A stretch of DNA of 64,000 nt from Candidatus Omnitrophota bacterium (GCA_003598135.1 QZKA01000027.1:20788-84787), one strand, 5' to 3'; positions 7,018 through 17,338 are shown, numbered from the stretch's first letter. Notes: generated from the sequence alone by a model not told the origin. Made by a program: numbers and translations.

Positions 7018-8052
7018 ATGAAATTACCTATAGATATTTTCGTAAAAAAGGGCCCACAAGCGAAAGCCAGGGTTACTTTAGGTTTGGACGTAGGTTCAAA
7101 TTCCATAAAGTTCGTAAAGTTATTGCAAGATAAGGATGCGTTCCAGCTTGTATCGTATGCCTTAGAAGAGAAGCAGCTTGATCTGGAAGAGGTATTCAAG
7201 AAAATAATCGATCCCAAAGACTTAAAAAGGCCGGTTACTATTTCTGTATCGGGTGCTCCTACCATCATGAGGTACGTGTCGTTTCCCAAAATGAACCAGC
7301 AGGAATTAAAGCAGGCCCTTAAATTCGAGGCACAAAAGCACATTCCTTTTTCAATCGCCGAGGTCAACCTTGACAGCTGCATTTTGAAACAAGACCTGCC
7401 TGATAACAAGATGCTGGTTTTGGTAGCTGCGGTTAAGAAAGAACCGCTGGAACAGAAGCTCAGGGTTTTTAAGGAACTGAACCTCCTGATACATTTTATT
7501 GATATCGATGCCCTTGCGTTGATAAATGCGTTTACCTTTAATTATGCAGATACCGATGTCCTTAAAGGGAAGGCAGTAGCGTTGCTTAATATCGGGGCGC
7601 TTGAAAGCAACCTCGATATCCTTGAAGACGGCGTTCCCCGTCTTAGCCGGGATATACACATAGGGGGTAACCATTTTACCCAGAAGCTTGCCGATATCTT
7701 TGGCGCCGACCAGAAAGCAGCGGAAAAAATGAAGCTGTCCCCTGATAAGGAAAAAACCGAACAGATCAATGCTGCGGCTGAAAACGTACTCGTGCATCTT
7801 GCCAAGGAGTTGCGCAGCTCTTTTGATTATTATGAAAGCCAGAGCGTTTCTTCGGTAAGCAAGATTTTCCTAAGCGGAGGCTCGAGTCTGTATATGAGCC
7901 TCGGTTCTATCCTTACCACAATGCTGGGAGTTCCCGTTGAAAGATGGGATCCGTTTAGGCGGATTATTCTACCGGATTCCGCTGATATGTCGCAGCTTAA
8001 GTCAGTAGCAGGCCAATTCGCGGTAGCAGTAGGCCTGGCATTGAGGACTTAA
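7018..8052 (+). CDS. pilM: Type IV pilus assembly protein PilM
   Basis: GLDVGSNSIK, EAQKHIPF, NIGA, IGGNHFT and LSGGSS (actin-like fold); ends AVAVGLALR. Confidence 0.92.
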   Translation: MKLPIDIFVKKGPQAKARVTLGLDVGSNSIKFVKLLQDKDAFQLVSYALEEKQLDLEEVFKKIIDPKDLKRPVTISVSGAPTIMRYVSFPKMNQQELKQALKFEAQKHIPFSIAEVNLDSCILKQDLPDNKMLVLVAAVKKEPLEQKLRVFKELNLLIHFIDIDALALINAFTFNYADTDVLKGKAVALLNIGALESNLDILEDGVPRLSRDIHIGGNHFTQKLADIFGADQKAAEKMKLSPDKEKTEQINAAAENVLVHLAKELRSSFDYYESQSVSSVSKIFLSGGSSLYMSLGSILTTMLGVPVERWDPFRRIILPDSADMSQLKSVAGQFAVAVGLALRT

Positions 8053-8060
8053 TAATCCCT

Positions 8061-8636
8061 ATGATAGAAATTAACCTTTTACCAGAAGAACTGAAGGCGA
8101 AGGCGAGAAAAATCCAGGCAAGCGAAAAATTCCAATATATCGTTTACGGGATTCTTGCGGTGTGTGTGCTTTTCATTGTCTTGCATGTTTTCTTTGGTGT
8201 AATAGCAATCGCAAAGGGCGTGCGTCTGAATTCTCTTAAGGCCCAAGGCAAAAAATTACAGCCGCAACTGAAGGCCTTGGAAGATTTCAGGAAAGAGAAC
8301 AAAGAGCTCTCAGCCGAAGAGAAGGGTATGCAGGATTTAGTTGCCAAGAGAATAAACTGGGCCGAAAAACTAAATTTCTTAAGCCGTGACCTTATCATGG
8401 GGACCTGGTTTAGGGAGTTATCCGTAACCCCTAAGGAATTAATTATAAAAGGAGCCGCGGTGTCTTTAGAGAAAGAAGAGCTGAGGCTTCTTGATAAGTT
8501 TATAGAGAACCTTAAGAAAGACGAACGTTTCTTTAAGGACTTTACCGCAATAGAATTGAAATCCGTAACGCGAGCACTGATCGGCAACTATGAAGTGGTT
8601 GATTTTACGCTGGTAGTGCCTGCGAGAGAAAGATGA
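8061..8636 (+). CDS. pilN: PilN
   Basis: N-terminal INLLP motif, one TM helix, coiled coil. Confidence 0.9.
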   Translation: MIEINLLPEELKAKARKIQASEKFQYIVYGILAVCVLFIVLHVFFGVIAIAKGVRLNSLKAQGKKLQPQLKALEDFRKENKELSAEEKGMQDLVAKRINWAEKLNFLSRDLIMGTWFRELSVTPKELIIKGAAVSLEKEELRLLDKFIENLKKDERFFKDFTAIELKSVTRALIGNYEVVDFTLVVPARER

Positions 8637-9181
8637 TGAATCTACCCGAATTAGACATAAAGAAAATAGCGGTTATTGTGCTTTTTTCTTTTGCGGTCCT
8701 CTATACGGACGCGGCTTTTTTGTTTAAGAAACAATTCAGTTCGTTGCGCGCAACCGGCAAGAAGATCGAGCAGTTGCAAAAAGCCATAAGCACCGTGAGT
8801 AAAGAGCTTGAAAAAATGAACGAAGAGAAGGCAAGGGCAAAGAAGGAAAACCAGGGCGGAGGCAAAACACTCATTTCCGAAGAGCAGATACCATCACTTT
8901 TGCATATCATCTCAAATTTTGCCAACGACAACAAAGTAAAAATCATGCAGATGAGGCCGGTAAAGGACACGGCGGTTCAAAGCCCTGGCCCGGGAACGCA
9001 GATTGCGCTCTCCATCATTATGGATGTATCTTGTTCGTATCACAATTTTGGGAAATTCATTAACGATCTGGAAAATGCTGGTCAATTTATGGCAATCCAA
9101 GAGATGCGGATTATGAACCGGCCGGATACAGATTTAGAGCAGAGTATATACCTAATACTGAAGACCTATGTCAAAAAATAA
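8633..9181 (+). CDS. pilO: PilO
   Basis: TM helix plus coiled coil plus SYHNFGKFINDLE PilO motif; operon position. Confidence 0.88.
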   Translation: MMNLPELDIKKIAVIVLFSFAVLYTDAAFLFKKQFSSLRATGKKIEQLQKAISTVSKELEKMNEEKARAKKENQGGGKTLISEEQIPSLLHIISNFANDNKVKIMQMRPVKDTAVQSPGPGTQIALSIIMDVSCSYHNFGKFINDLENAGQFMAIQEMRIMNRPDTDLEQSIYLILKTYVKK

Positions 9182-9578
9182 CATTTTTGTCTTTATGCTT
9201 GCCTTAGGTTTGTATTCTTGCGTGAACTGTTTTGCGCAAAACGAGACCGTTTCTGTGCCGGCAGTCGTGCCTACGCAGGAAAACGCTGCAGAAAATAAAT
9301 TTGTCTACGATGCCCAAGGAAAACGTAATCCCTTCATTGCGCTGGTTACTTCTGACGGGCGTTTGCTTAAGATTTCCGACGAACAACAATCCGGCGGCTT
9401 GACGTTGGAAGGTATTATCTACGACGAGCAGGGGATATCGTTTGCGATGGTGAATGGCTCTGTGGTAAAGGTCGGCGATACAATAAGTGGTTATCAGGTG
9501 CTTAAAATAGAATCAAGCCGAGTTATCTTTATTAAGGACGGGGAGCCTTTTATGGCAGAATTAAAGAAGGAGGAATAA
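9168..9578 (+). CDS. pilP: PilP-like protein
   Basis: Signal peptide, RNPF motif, L.GI...A.VNG..VKVGD domain; sits between pilO and pilQ. Confidence 0.75.
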   Translation: MSKNNIFVFMLALGLYSCVNCFAQNETVSVPAVVPTQENAAENKFVYDAQGKRNPFIALVTSDGRLLKISDEQQSGGLTLEGIIYDEQGISFAMVNGSVVKVGDTISGYQVLKIESSRVIFIKDGEPFMAELKKEE

Positions 9579-11182
9579 TGAAGCCTATTGTGAGGGTGAG
9601 GACAAGAATATTGCTAATTCTTTTCGGTTTAATGATAACTTTTGTTGTGCGCAGTTCTCTCGTTGCTCAAGAATCCAATGCTACATCTGTGCAGGGCAAG
9701 GATAATGAAACTGCTGTGCAGGAGCAGGCGGAGGCAGGAGAGGTTTTTGGGAATACTGCTGAATCTCCAAGCGAAATGTCGCTTAAGGCCAATGGGTCAG
9801 CGGCACAGAAAAACGTGACACTTGATTTTAAAGATGCCGATATCCGCAACGTCCTGAAAATTATTTCTTATAAGGCAGGCGTCAATATCGTGGTAACCCC
9901 GGATGTGGTCGGTAACGTGAATATGCGCCTGGTGGATGTCCCGTGGCAGAATGCACTGGATACCATTGTAAAGACCTATGGGTTCGGGTATGAATGGCTT
10001 AACGACCGCGTGATTATGGTCTCTACGCTTGCGCGGCTTGCAGAACAGAGGAAGTCGCAAGAAGAGGCGATGGAGAAAGAGCCGCTTGATACAGACACCT
10101 TCGTTTTGAACTTTTCTTCAGCCATAGATATCAAAAATGTCCTGGACAAGCTGCTTTCCGCAAGGGGAAAGATTACGGTAGAGAGCAGGACTAATACCCT
10201 GATTGTGACTGATACCAAGTCTACGCTATTGAAAATCAAAGAGGCAATCCAGCGGCTTGACAAAATGACTCCCCAGGTTATGATTGAGGCAAGGATTATT
10301 GAGACAACGCTTGGAAGTTCTGAAAAATTAGGCATTGATTGGAACCTCAGGGTTGCGTTAAGCGGTCCAAAAAGGCCGACTACCTGGCCTTTTACAGGAG
10401 AAATAAAGGGAGCAGGGTCAAAATATTTTCCCAAAACTACGGTTCCGACTTCCCTTGTGAGGGAAGCAACTACGACGTATAGCGAAACAGGGGCCGTGGT
10501 CGGTACGAGTTATTCCGAAAATACCTACCATAGCCTTGTGGCTGGTTTTCCGGATGTACCTACGGGCCTTTTTACCTTCGGTACTCTTGACATGACAGGA
10601 TTACAAGCCGTACTTGAAGTTTTAAAATCAAGCTCTGATACAAAGATAATTTCTAACCCCCGGATTACTACCTTGAATAATCAGGAGGCAAAGATCTTGG
10701 TGGGTAAGGTCGTGCCGATTCCCAAATACGAATACAGCAAAGAGACGGGAGCCTTGAGCATATCAGGCTATGAAGATAAAGAAGTCGGAGTAAAGCTTAT
10801 TGTAACGCCCAATATCAATGAGCAGGAGTATGTTACCTTGAGTGTTAAGCCAAGCGTTGAGGCTATCATTGGTTCAACCGGACCCAACGGAGAAAGGCCC
10901 GTGATTTCAACCCGAAGCGCTGAAACAAATGTTATGATAAAAAATGGGCAGACTCTCGTGATAGGGGGCTTGATTTCGGAAGATAAAATAAAGTCAAAGA
11001 ATGGAATCCCTATTTTGGGCAGCCTGCCGCTTTTAAAGTACCTATTCGGCAGGAAAGAGGACACTATTACCAAAACAGAGATGCTTATTTTTATTACTCC
11101 GCACATCATAAGAGAAAAGAAGCCTTTGCTTGAAAAAGCCGGCTCAGAAGGAATACCGGCGGTATCTCCTACTGGTGCATAG
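9578..11182 (+). CDS. pilQ: Secretin PilQ
   Basis: LDFKDADIRNVL (N0 domain), RTNTLIV, QVMIEARIIE, NPRITTLNNQEA, GQTLVIGGL, IPILGSLP...LF and IFITPHII. Confidence 0.92.
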   Translation: MKPIVRVRTRILLILFGLMITFVVRSSLVAQESNATSVQGKDNETAVQEQAEAGEVFGNTAESPSEMSLKANGSAAQKNVTLDFKDADIRNVLKIISYKAGVNIVVTPDVVGNVNMRLVDVPWQNALDTIVKTYGFGYEWLNDRVIMVSTLARLAEQRKSQEEAMEKEPLDTDTFVLNFSSAIDIKNVLDKLLSARGKITVESRTNTLIVTDTKSTLLKIKEAIQRLDKMTPQVMIEARIIETTLGSSEKLGIDWNLRVALSGPKRPTTWPFTGEIKGAGSKYFPKTTVPTSLVREATTTYSETGAVVGTSYSENTYHSLVAGFPDVPTGLFTFGTLDMTGLQAVLEVLKSSSDTKIISNPRITTLNNQEAKILVGKVVPIPKYEYSKETGALSISGYEDKEVGVKLIVTPNINEQEYVTLSVKPSVEAIIGSTGPNGERPVISTRSAETNVMIKNGQTLVIGGLISEDKIKSKNGIPILGSLPLLKYLFGRKEDTITKTEMLIFITPHIIREKKPLLEKAGSEGIPAVSPTGA

Positions 11183-11221
11183 TTCTGATTTTATACGATT
11201 TGGAAGGGCGCCTTTCTAAAC

Positions 11222-11539
11222 ATGTACGAAATTTCTTTCAGTTTCACTAAAAAGGGCGCAATGAGGTTTATTTCTCATCTTGATCTGTTACGTTTATTAC
11301 AGCGTGCATTACGCAGGTCAGGATTGCCCTTGAAGATGACCGAAGGATTCAGCCCCCACCCCAAACTAAGCATTATCAGGGCATTAAAGCTTGGACTTGA
11401 AAGCGAAAATGAAGAAGCGAAGGCAGTGCTTAGGGAAGTAGTTGAGCCTCATCAGGCAAAGGAATTACTCAACACACAGCTGCCCGAAGGGATAGAGATA
11501 GTAGCCCTTACCGGAAGACAGAATAGCGAGAGGGCGTAA
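11222..11539 (+). CDS. Short DUF2344/TIGR03936-like radical SAM-associated protein
   Basis: F.K.G.MRFISHLDL.R..RA.RR..LP...EGF.PHPK motif; usual position upstream of rng. Confidence 0.8.
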   Translation: MYEISFSFTKKGAMRFISHLDLLRLLQRALRRSGLPLKMTEGFSPHPKLSIIRALKLGLESENEEAKAVLREVVEPHQAKELLNTQLPEGIEIVALTGRQNSERA

Positions 11540-11544
11540 AGGAT

Positions 11545-12984
11545 ATGGCAAAAGAAATACTGATTAATATTGAACCTCGACAAAAGCGCGTTGCCATAGT
11601 AAATAACGGCAGGCTGGAAGAGTTTTATATCGAACGGCCTAGCGATAAGACTATTGTCGGGAATATTTATAAGGGCATTATTGAAGCAGTAGTGCCGTCT
11701 ATAGGAGCGGCATTTGTGGATATCGGTTTACCCAAAAAGGGTTTTTTGTACCTTTCCGAAATAGAATCCGCATATGAATCCTCCGATTCTCCGTTGTCAA
11801 AACCCCAAGAAGTAAAAAAGGGCCAGGAGATTCTTGTCCAGGTAGTCAAAGAGCAATTCGGTACTAAGGGCCCCAGGATTTCTTGTCACACTGGCCTTGC
11901 GGGTAGGTATTTGGTGATGATGCCGCAGGATCAGCAGATAGGTATTTCCCGCAGGATAGAAGACGACGAGGAAAGAAGGCGGCTCAGGCAGATTTTAGCG
12001 GAATTGCGCCTTCCAAAAAATATAGGTTTTATTGTCAGGACTGCGGCGTTCGGCATGTCGAAAAAAGAGCTCTTAAGAGACGCGCATTTCCTGATCAAGT
12101 TGTGGAAAAGACTTGAGAGGACGATGCGCCAAAAAAGGCCACCTTCGCTTATCTATGAAGAATATGATTTGAGTTTCAGGGCTATCAGGGATTCTTTCAC
12201 CGAAGACGTTTCCAAGTTGATCGTAGATTCAAAAGACGAATATTACCGTATTATGCGTTTTGTGAAGACTTTTCTTGGGTATCTTGCGCCCCGTATAGAA
12301 TTATACAAAGGAGATGATCTTTTTATCAGTAAAGACGTTGAACGGCAGGTAAGCCGGATTTTTGAACCTATGGTGCACCTTAAATCGAAATCGTACCTGG
12401 TAATAGAACCCACTGAAGGGCTGGTAGTCATAGATGTTAATAGCGGGGGGTTCAAAGATAAGATTAGCCAGGAAGACGCAGCCTTCAAGGTTAATTGCGA
12501 AGCGGCAACTGAAACAGCGCACCAGCTCAAGCTACGTGACCTCGGCGGTATAATCGTTATTGATTTTATCGATATGGAGAAAGAAGGGCACCGTAGGCAC
12601 GTGCTCGATACCCTTAAGCATGCCTTAAGAAGCGACAAGGCTAAATACGATATTTTGGGGATCTCAAAGTTCGGCTTGGTAGAGATGACCCGCGAGCGCA
12701 TCCATAATACGGTGCAGACCCTTTCGTTTCAGGCTTGTCCATATTGCCAGGGAAGGGGTAAGGTCAAATCGGCACTTACCGTATCCATTGATGCGCTTAA
12801 GGAACTGAAGAAGTACCTTAAAGAGAAAACCCATAAAGAGGTAAGCCTTTTTCTAAACCCTGTGGTAGTGGATGAAATACTCAAACACAAGGAGCACATC
12901 AGGTTCATTGAGCGCAAATTTGGCACAAAGGTCAACCTTATCTCCAATCCTGCCTTACACATCGAAGACATCAGAATATCTTAA
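11545..12984 (+). CDS. rng: Ribonuclease E/G family
   Basis: VGNIYKG S1 domain, TKGPR, GFIVRTAA, IDVNSG, LRDLGGIIVIDFIDM and CPYCQGRG. Confidence 0.93.
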   Translation: MAKEILINIEPRQKRVAIVNNGRLEEFYIERPSDKTIVGNIYKGIIEAVVPSIGAAFVDIGLPKKGFLYLSEIESAYESSDSPLSKPQEVKKGQEILVQVVKEQFGTKGPRISCHTGLAGRYLVMMPQDQQIGISRRIEDDEERRRLRQILAELRLPKNIGFIVRTAAFGMSKKELLRDAHFLIKLWKRLERTMRQKRPPSLIYEEYDLSFRAIRDSFTEDVSKLIVDSKDEYYRIMRFVKTFLGYLAPRIELYKGDDLFISKDVERQVSRIFEPMVHLKSKSYLVIEPTEGLVVIDVNSGGFKDKISQEDAAFKVNCEAATETAHQLKLRDLGGIIVIDFIDMEKEGHRRHVLDTLKHALRSDKAKYDILGISKFGLVEMTRERIHNTVQTLSFQACPYCQGRGKVKSALTVSIDALKELKKYLKEKTHKEVSLFLNPVVVDEILKHKEHIRFIERKFGTKVNLISNPALHIEDIRIS

Positions 12985-13087
12985 AATCGCACAGCAGATT
13001 ATATTGATTACCTAAAATTCCGCTTCGCTGAATTGCGGGGCTTTTGAAAAATGGTTAATCCCGCTATTTTTCAGGAGGCAATTTTAC

Positions 13088-13115
13088 TTGATTCTTTGAT
13101 TTTATGGTGTATAAT
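13088..13115 (+). promoter_or_regulatory. Putative promoter for rplU-obgE operon
   Basis: TTGATT, 16 nt spacer, TATAAT; AAGGAGG RBS before rplU. Confidence 0.55.
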
Positions 13116-13163
13116 TAAACTTCAGACTTTTTAACCGTAGTAAACCCCCAAGGAGGATGGAAA

Positions 13164-13478
13164 ATGTATGCAATAATTGAAGTTGGCGCAAAACAGTATA
13201 TCGTAAAAGAAGGCGACTCGATTGAAGTTGAGCGTCAAAAAATAGAACAACATAAAGATATTATTCTTAAGAATATTTTATTGATTTCCAATGATAAGGA
13301 AACAAAGGTCGGCCAGCCTTTTTTAAAGGACGCAACAGTCAAAGCCACGGTTGTAGAGCACACAAAAGCCGAGAAGTTAATCTCTTTTAAATACCGCCGG
13401 AGAAAATCCTCACACTGGACAAAAGGGCATCGCCAGAGGCTAACGAGGCTTACAATCAAAGAGATCAAGGCAAGCTGA
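13164..13478 (+). CDS. rplU: 50S ribosomal protein L21
   Basis: MYAIIEVGAKQY and FKYRRRK...GHRQ motifs. Confidence 0.97.
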   Translation: MYAIIEVGAKQYIVKEGDSIEVERQKIEQHKDIILKNILLISNDKETKVGQPFLKDATVKATVVEHTKAEKLISFKYRRRKSSHWTKGHRQRLTRLTIKEIKAS

Positions 13479-13500
13479 TACAATTGAAAGCTGGTTTTCG

Positions 13501-14454
13501 ATGTTCATTGATAGCGTCAAGATTTACGTTAAGGGCGGCCGCGGAGGAAACGGCTGCAATAGTGTATACCGGGATAAGTTAAATCGTCGAGGGTTCCCTG
13601 ATGGAGGAAGCGGCGGGAAAGGCGCCGATGTAATCCTTAAGGCCGATAGGAACTTGCGCACCCTGCTTGATTTTAAGTACAACAGGCATTTTTACGGCTT
13701 AAAAGGCAAGGACGGCTCCAGTAAAAGAAAAAAAGGAAAAACCGCCCCGGATTTATCCGTGAGGGTTCCTTGCGGGGTAGTCGTCTTAGACGCGGCAAAG
13801 AACTGTATACTCGGAAGTCTTGAGTATGACGGCCAAATGCTCGTTGTTGCTTCAGGCGGTAAACCCGGCTTGGGGAATCAGCACAACCGCGATGCAACAA
13901 GCGGCGAACCCGGAGAAGAGCGCGAGCTCCTTATTGACTTAAAGCTTATAGCGGATGTCGGGATCATAGGGTTCCCTAACGCAGGCAAATCTACCCTGAT
14001 ATCGGTAATTTCTGGGGCTCATCCGAGAATTGCACCGTATCCCTTTACTACAAAGACCCCGACTTTAGGTGTAGTCAAAGTTGCCGGCGGACATTTTGTA
14101 GCGGCAGATATACCCGGTCTGATCGAAGGTTCTCATTCTGGCAGAGGCCTAGGAGACCGTTTCTTAAGGCATGTTGAGCGCACAAAGCTGCTTGTGCACC
14201 TGATTGATATTTCAGGATGCGAAGGCAGAAACCCGCTTGAAGACTATCGGATCATTAAAGATGAGCTGCGTAGGTATAGCCCGGAGTTAGCCAAGAAGCC
14301 GCAGATCCTTGCCGCAAACAAAATGGACCTGGGGCAGGCAGCAGGAAACCTTAAAGTTTTTAGGAGCAAGATACGTAGGGTGATATACCCTATTTCGGCA
14401 TTGAATAAAGAGGGGCTCGATGAGCTTATCAACGCAATCAGAAAAAAATTATAA
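13501..14454 (+). CDS. obgE: GTPase ObgE/CgtA (short, no C-terminal domain)
   Basis: FID.V.I...GG.GGNG, GFPNAGKSTL, YPFTT, DIPGLIEG and NKMD. Confidence 0.96.
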   Translation: MFIDSVKIYVKGGRGGNGCNSVYRDKLNRRGFPDGGSGGKGADVILKADRNLRTLLDFKYNRHFYGLKGKDGSSKRKKGKTAPDLSVRVPCGVVVLDAAKNCILGSLEYDGQMLVVASGGKPGLGNQHNRDATSGEPGEERELLIDLKLIADVGIIGFPNAGKSTLISVISGAHPRIAPYPFTTKTPTLGVVKVAGGHFVAADIPGLIEGSHSGRGLGDRFLRHVERTKLLVHLIDISGCEGRNPLEDYRIIKDELRRYSPELAKKPQILAANKMDLGQAAGNLKVFRSKIRRVIYPISALNKEGLDELINAIRKKL

Positions 14455-15493
14455 AAGAATCGTAATCAAGATTGGTAGCAGCCTGTTTTTTAAGGACTGT
14501 ACACAGCCGGATTTCAGGCTTTTTCATGCAATCTCCTCCCAGATTCAAGAGTTACTCAAGGATGGCAAAGAGGTAATATTGGTTTCTTCCGGGGCGATTG
14601 CCCATGGAATGTATCTTTTGCACCGCCAAGAAAGGCCAAAGGAATTGAGCCTGCTTCAGTCAATGTCAGCAATCGGCCAGAACGCGCTCATGAATGCATA
14701 CGCCGGCGCCTTTGAAGATTCAGGGTATCATGTTGCACAGATTCTTCTGACCTGGGATGATTTCGCTGATTCCGAACGTTATCTTAACGCCAAGAATACC
14801 ATATTGTCCCTTTTGAAACTAAAAGGCGTGCCGATTATTAACGAAAACGATACTATCTCAACCGAGGAGATCAAGTTCGGCGATAATGATCGGCTTTCTG
14901 CGCTTGTGGCGGGACTTGTGTTTGCGGATCTCCTCGTCATACTTTCTGACGTCGATGGACTTCTTGATAACGAAAAAAAGGTTATAAAAATCGTGAAGGA
15001 AATCACGCCTCAGATTAAGTCGCTTGCCTGCCCTACGGGCAAGAAGGTCTGCGTTGGAGGGATGGTGACTAAGATTGAGGCGGCAAGAATTGCAATTGAT
15101 TCGGGAATTCCGTGTTTGATCACCAATGGCAATATCGAAGGCAGCATTGTATCCGCGGTCAGAAACCCGGGAGGGAGCGGCACTTTATTTATGCCGAAAA
15201 AAGGCCTGAAAGCAAAAAAGCGGTGGATCGCCTTTAGCGCAAAGACGAAAGGTAAAGTTATGGTTGACGAAGGCGCGCAAAAAGCGCTGCGAGGCAACAA
15301 AAGCCTCCTTTCCGTCGGCATTATATCCTGTTCCGGTAATTTTGAGGCCGGGGATATAGTCTTTGTTGCCGATAAGGACGGGATACTCTTTGCGAAGGGC
15401 AAAATTGCTGTTTCTTCGAAACAACTGGAAAGGATTAAGGGGAGCCGTTACCACAAAGAGATAATTCATCTGGATAACATAGTCATTCTATAG
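14420..15493 (+). CDS. proB: Glutamate 5-kinase with PUA domain
   Basis: KIGSS, SSGAIA, INEND, FGDNDRLSA, SDVDGL and GGMVTK. Confidence 0.95.
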   Translation: MSLSTQSEKNYKRIVIKIGSSLFFKDCTQPDFRLFHAISSQIQELLKDGKEVILVSSGAIAHGMYLLHRQERPKELSLLQSMSAIGQNALMNAYAGAFEDSGYHVAQILLTWDDFADSERYLNAKNTILSLLKLKGVPIINENDTISTEEIKFGDNDRLSALVAGLVFADLLVILSDVDGLLDNEKKVIKIVKEITPQIKSLACPTGKKVCVGGMVTKIEAARIAIDSGIPCLITNGNIEGSIVSAVRNPGGSGTLFMPKKGLKAKKRWIAFSAKTKGKVMVDEGAQKALRGNKSLLSVGIISCSGNFEAGDIVFVADKDGILFAKGKIAVSSKQLERIKGSRYHKEIIHLDNIVIL

Positions 15494-15509
15494 AAGTACG
15501 GGATTACGC

Positions 15510-16775
15510 ATGGAACTTAAAAAATATCTTACCACAATAGGGAAATTGGCAAAAGAGGCGTCATACGGGGCAATGTGTCTTTCGACCAAAGTAAAAAACT
15601 TAGCTCTTAAGGATATGGCAAAGTCTCTCTGTGCGCATAATTCCGCCATCTTGAAAGCGAATGCCAGAGATGTGCGCGCAGCGTTAAAAAAGAAACTGCC
15701 ATTACCTCTTATCGACAGGTTGCAATTGAATGCTAAAAGGATTCGCGTAATGGCTGATTCCTTAGCTGAAATCGCAACGCTCGACGACCCTGTGGGGGAG
15801 GTACTAAAGGCTTGGCGTAGGCCAAACGGCTTATGGATTCATAAGGTGCGCGTGCCCATAGGCGTTATTGCCATTATTTATGAATCGAGGCCGAACGTGA
15901 CTTCTGATTGTATCGGGCTTTGTGTGAAATCCGGCAACAGTGTTATTTTAAGGGGCGGAAGCGAAGCGATGCATTCAAACCTGAGTATTTACGCAAGCAT
16001 CAAAGGGGCCTTGAAAAAGCACCGTATTCATGAAGGCATGGTTAATATGGTTTCGACGTGCGACAGAAAAGCGCTTGATGTGTTGCTTAGGCTTAATGAG
16101 TACATTGATTTAGTAATGCCTCGGGGTGGCGAAGGACTAATTAAACGAGTGATGCAGATATCGCGCATCCCTGTGATTAAACATTATAAGGGCATCTGTG
16201 CGGTCTATGTCGATGAATCGGCGGACGTAAAAATGGCGAAAGAGGTTTGTTTCAACGCAAAAGTTCAGCGTCCGGGCGTCTGCAATGCGATGGAAACTAT
16301 GTTAGTGCACAGAAGGATTGCGAAGAAGTTTCTTCCTTCTATGCTTGCCGATTTCAGAAAGGCAAACGTTGAGATACGCGGCTGTCCGTACACGAGGAGG
16401 CTTTTTAAGGGAGCAAAAGCCGCAACTCAGGCAGATTACCGGACTGAGTTTCTCGGCTTGATACTTAGCGTCAAAGTGGTCAAAGACGTAGCTGAGGCAA
16501 CCGCACACATCAACACCTGCGGTACGCATCATTCGGATAGCATTATTACCGAAGATTACCGTAATGCCCTCTCATTTTTGAGGAACGTTGATTCGGCCTG
16601 CGTCTATGTGAACGCCTCTACCCGCTTTACGGACGGTTATCAGTTTGGTATGGGTGCAGAGGTAGGGATTTCGACCGATAAGTTGCATGCCCGCGGGCCC
16701 ATGGCCCTGGAAGAATTGACGACCTATAAATATATGGTGTTTGGCAAGGGCCAGGTGAGGACTGAGTTAAAATGA
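15510..16775 (+). CDS. proA: Gamma-glutamyl phosphate reductase
   Basis: IIYESRPNVT, PRGGEGLI, CNAMET, NASTRFTDG and KLHARGP. Confidence 0.97.
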   Translation: MELKKYLTTIGKLAKEASYGAMCLSTKVKNLALKDMAKSLCAHNSAILKANARDVRAALKKKLPLPLIDRLQLNAKRIRVMADSLAEIATLDDPVGEVLKAWRRPNGLWIHKVRVPIGVIAIIYESRPNVTSDCIGLCVKSGNSVILRGGSEAMHSNLSIYASIKGALKKHRIHEGMVNMVSTCDRKALDVLLRLNEYIDLVMPRGGEGLIKRVMQISRIPVIKHYKGICAVYVDESADVKMAKEVCFNAKVQRPGVCNAMETMLVHRRIAKKFLPSMLADFRKANVEIRGCPYTRRLFKGAKAATQADYRTEFLGLILSVKVVKDVAEATAHINTCGTHHSDSIITEDYRNALSFLRNVDSACVYVNASTRFTDGYQFGMGAEVGISTDKLHARGPMALEELTTYKYMVFGKGQVRTELK

Positions 16776-17338
16776 AAATTGGTATTCTTGGAGGGACGTT
16801 TAACCCCATACATCTGGGGCATCTTATTCTGGCTGAGGAGGTCAGGGAACAGATGAATCTGGAGAAAATAATTTTTGTTCCAACGTTTCTGGCGCCTCAT
16901 AAAGATAACTCCAATGTTGCTTCAGCGAAAGATAGGCATGAAATGATTACACTTGCCATCCGCGGGAATAGACATTTTTCTGTCTCTGATATCGAAATTG
17001 CCAGAAAGGGCCGTTCTTATACCATTGATACGCTTAAAGAGCTGGTAAGGAGGTTTTCTTCCGACGAATTATCGTTTATCACCGGTTCTGACCTGTTGAA
17101 TTACCTCGACGAATGGAAGGATTTACAGGATATCATCAAGTTGGTGCGATTTATTGTCGCTACAAGGCCGGGATACCCTTTGGAAAAGATTCCTTCCTAT
17201 ATCGATACGGTCGAGATCAGGGCAGTAGATATTTCTGCGTTTGAAATACGTAAGCGCATACAACAACGTCAATCATTTCGTTACCTTGTTCCTGAGGCGG
17301 TGTATGCCTACATCGCCAGGAAAAGATTATATTCCTAA
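16772..17338 (+). CDS. nadD: Nicotinate-nucleotide adenylyltransferase
   Basis: GGTFNPIHLGH, SYTIDT and G.D motifs. Confidence 0.95.
   Translation: MKIGILGGTFNPIHLGHLILAEEVREQMNLEKIIFVPTFLAPHKDNSNVASAKDRHEMITLAIRGNRHFSVSDIEIARKGRSYTIDTLKELVRRFSSDELSFITGSDLLNYLDEWKDLQDIIKLVRFIVATRPGYPLEKIPSYIDTVEIRAVDISAFEIRKRIQQRQSFRYLVPEAVYAYIARKRLYS

Noticed and set aside
4984-11182. Type II secretion system
   Set aside because: pilM-N-O-P-Q order, cytoplasmic actin-like PilM and the INLLP motif of PilN indicate type IVa pilus machinery.
13014-13072. Weak inverted repeats after rng (AATTC/GAATT, GCGGG/CCCGC) as terminator or L21 leader RNA
   Set aside because: Short stems with long loops and no recognisable family pattern; cannot be supported.
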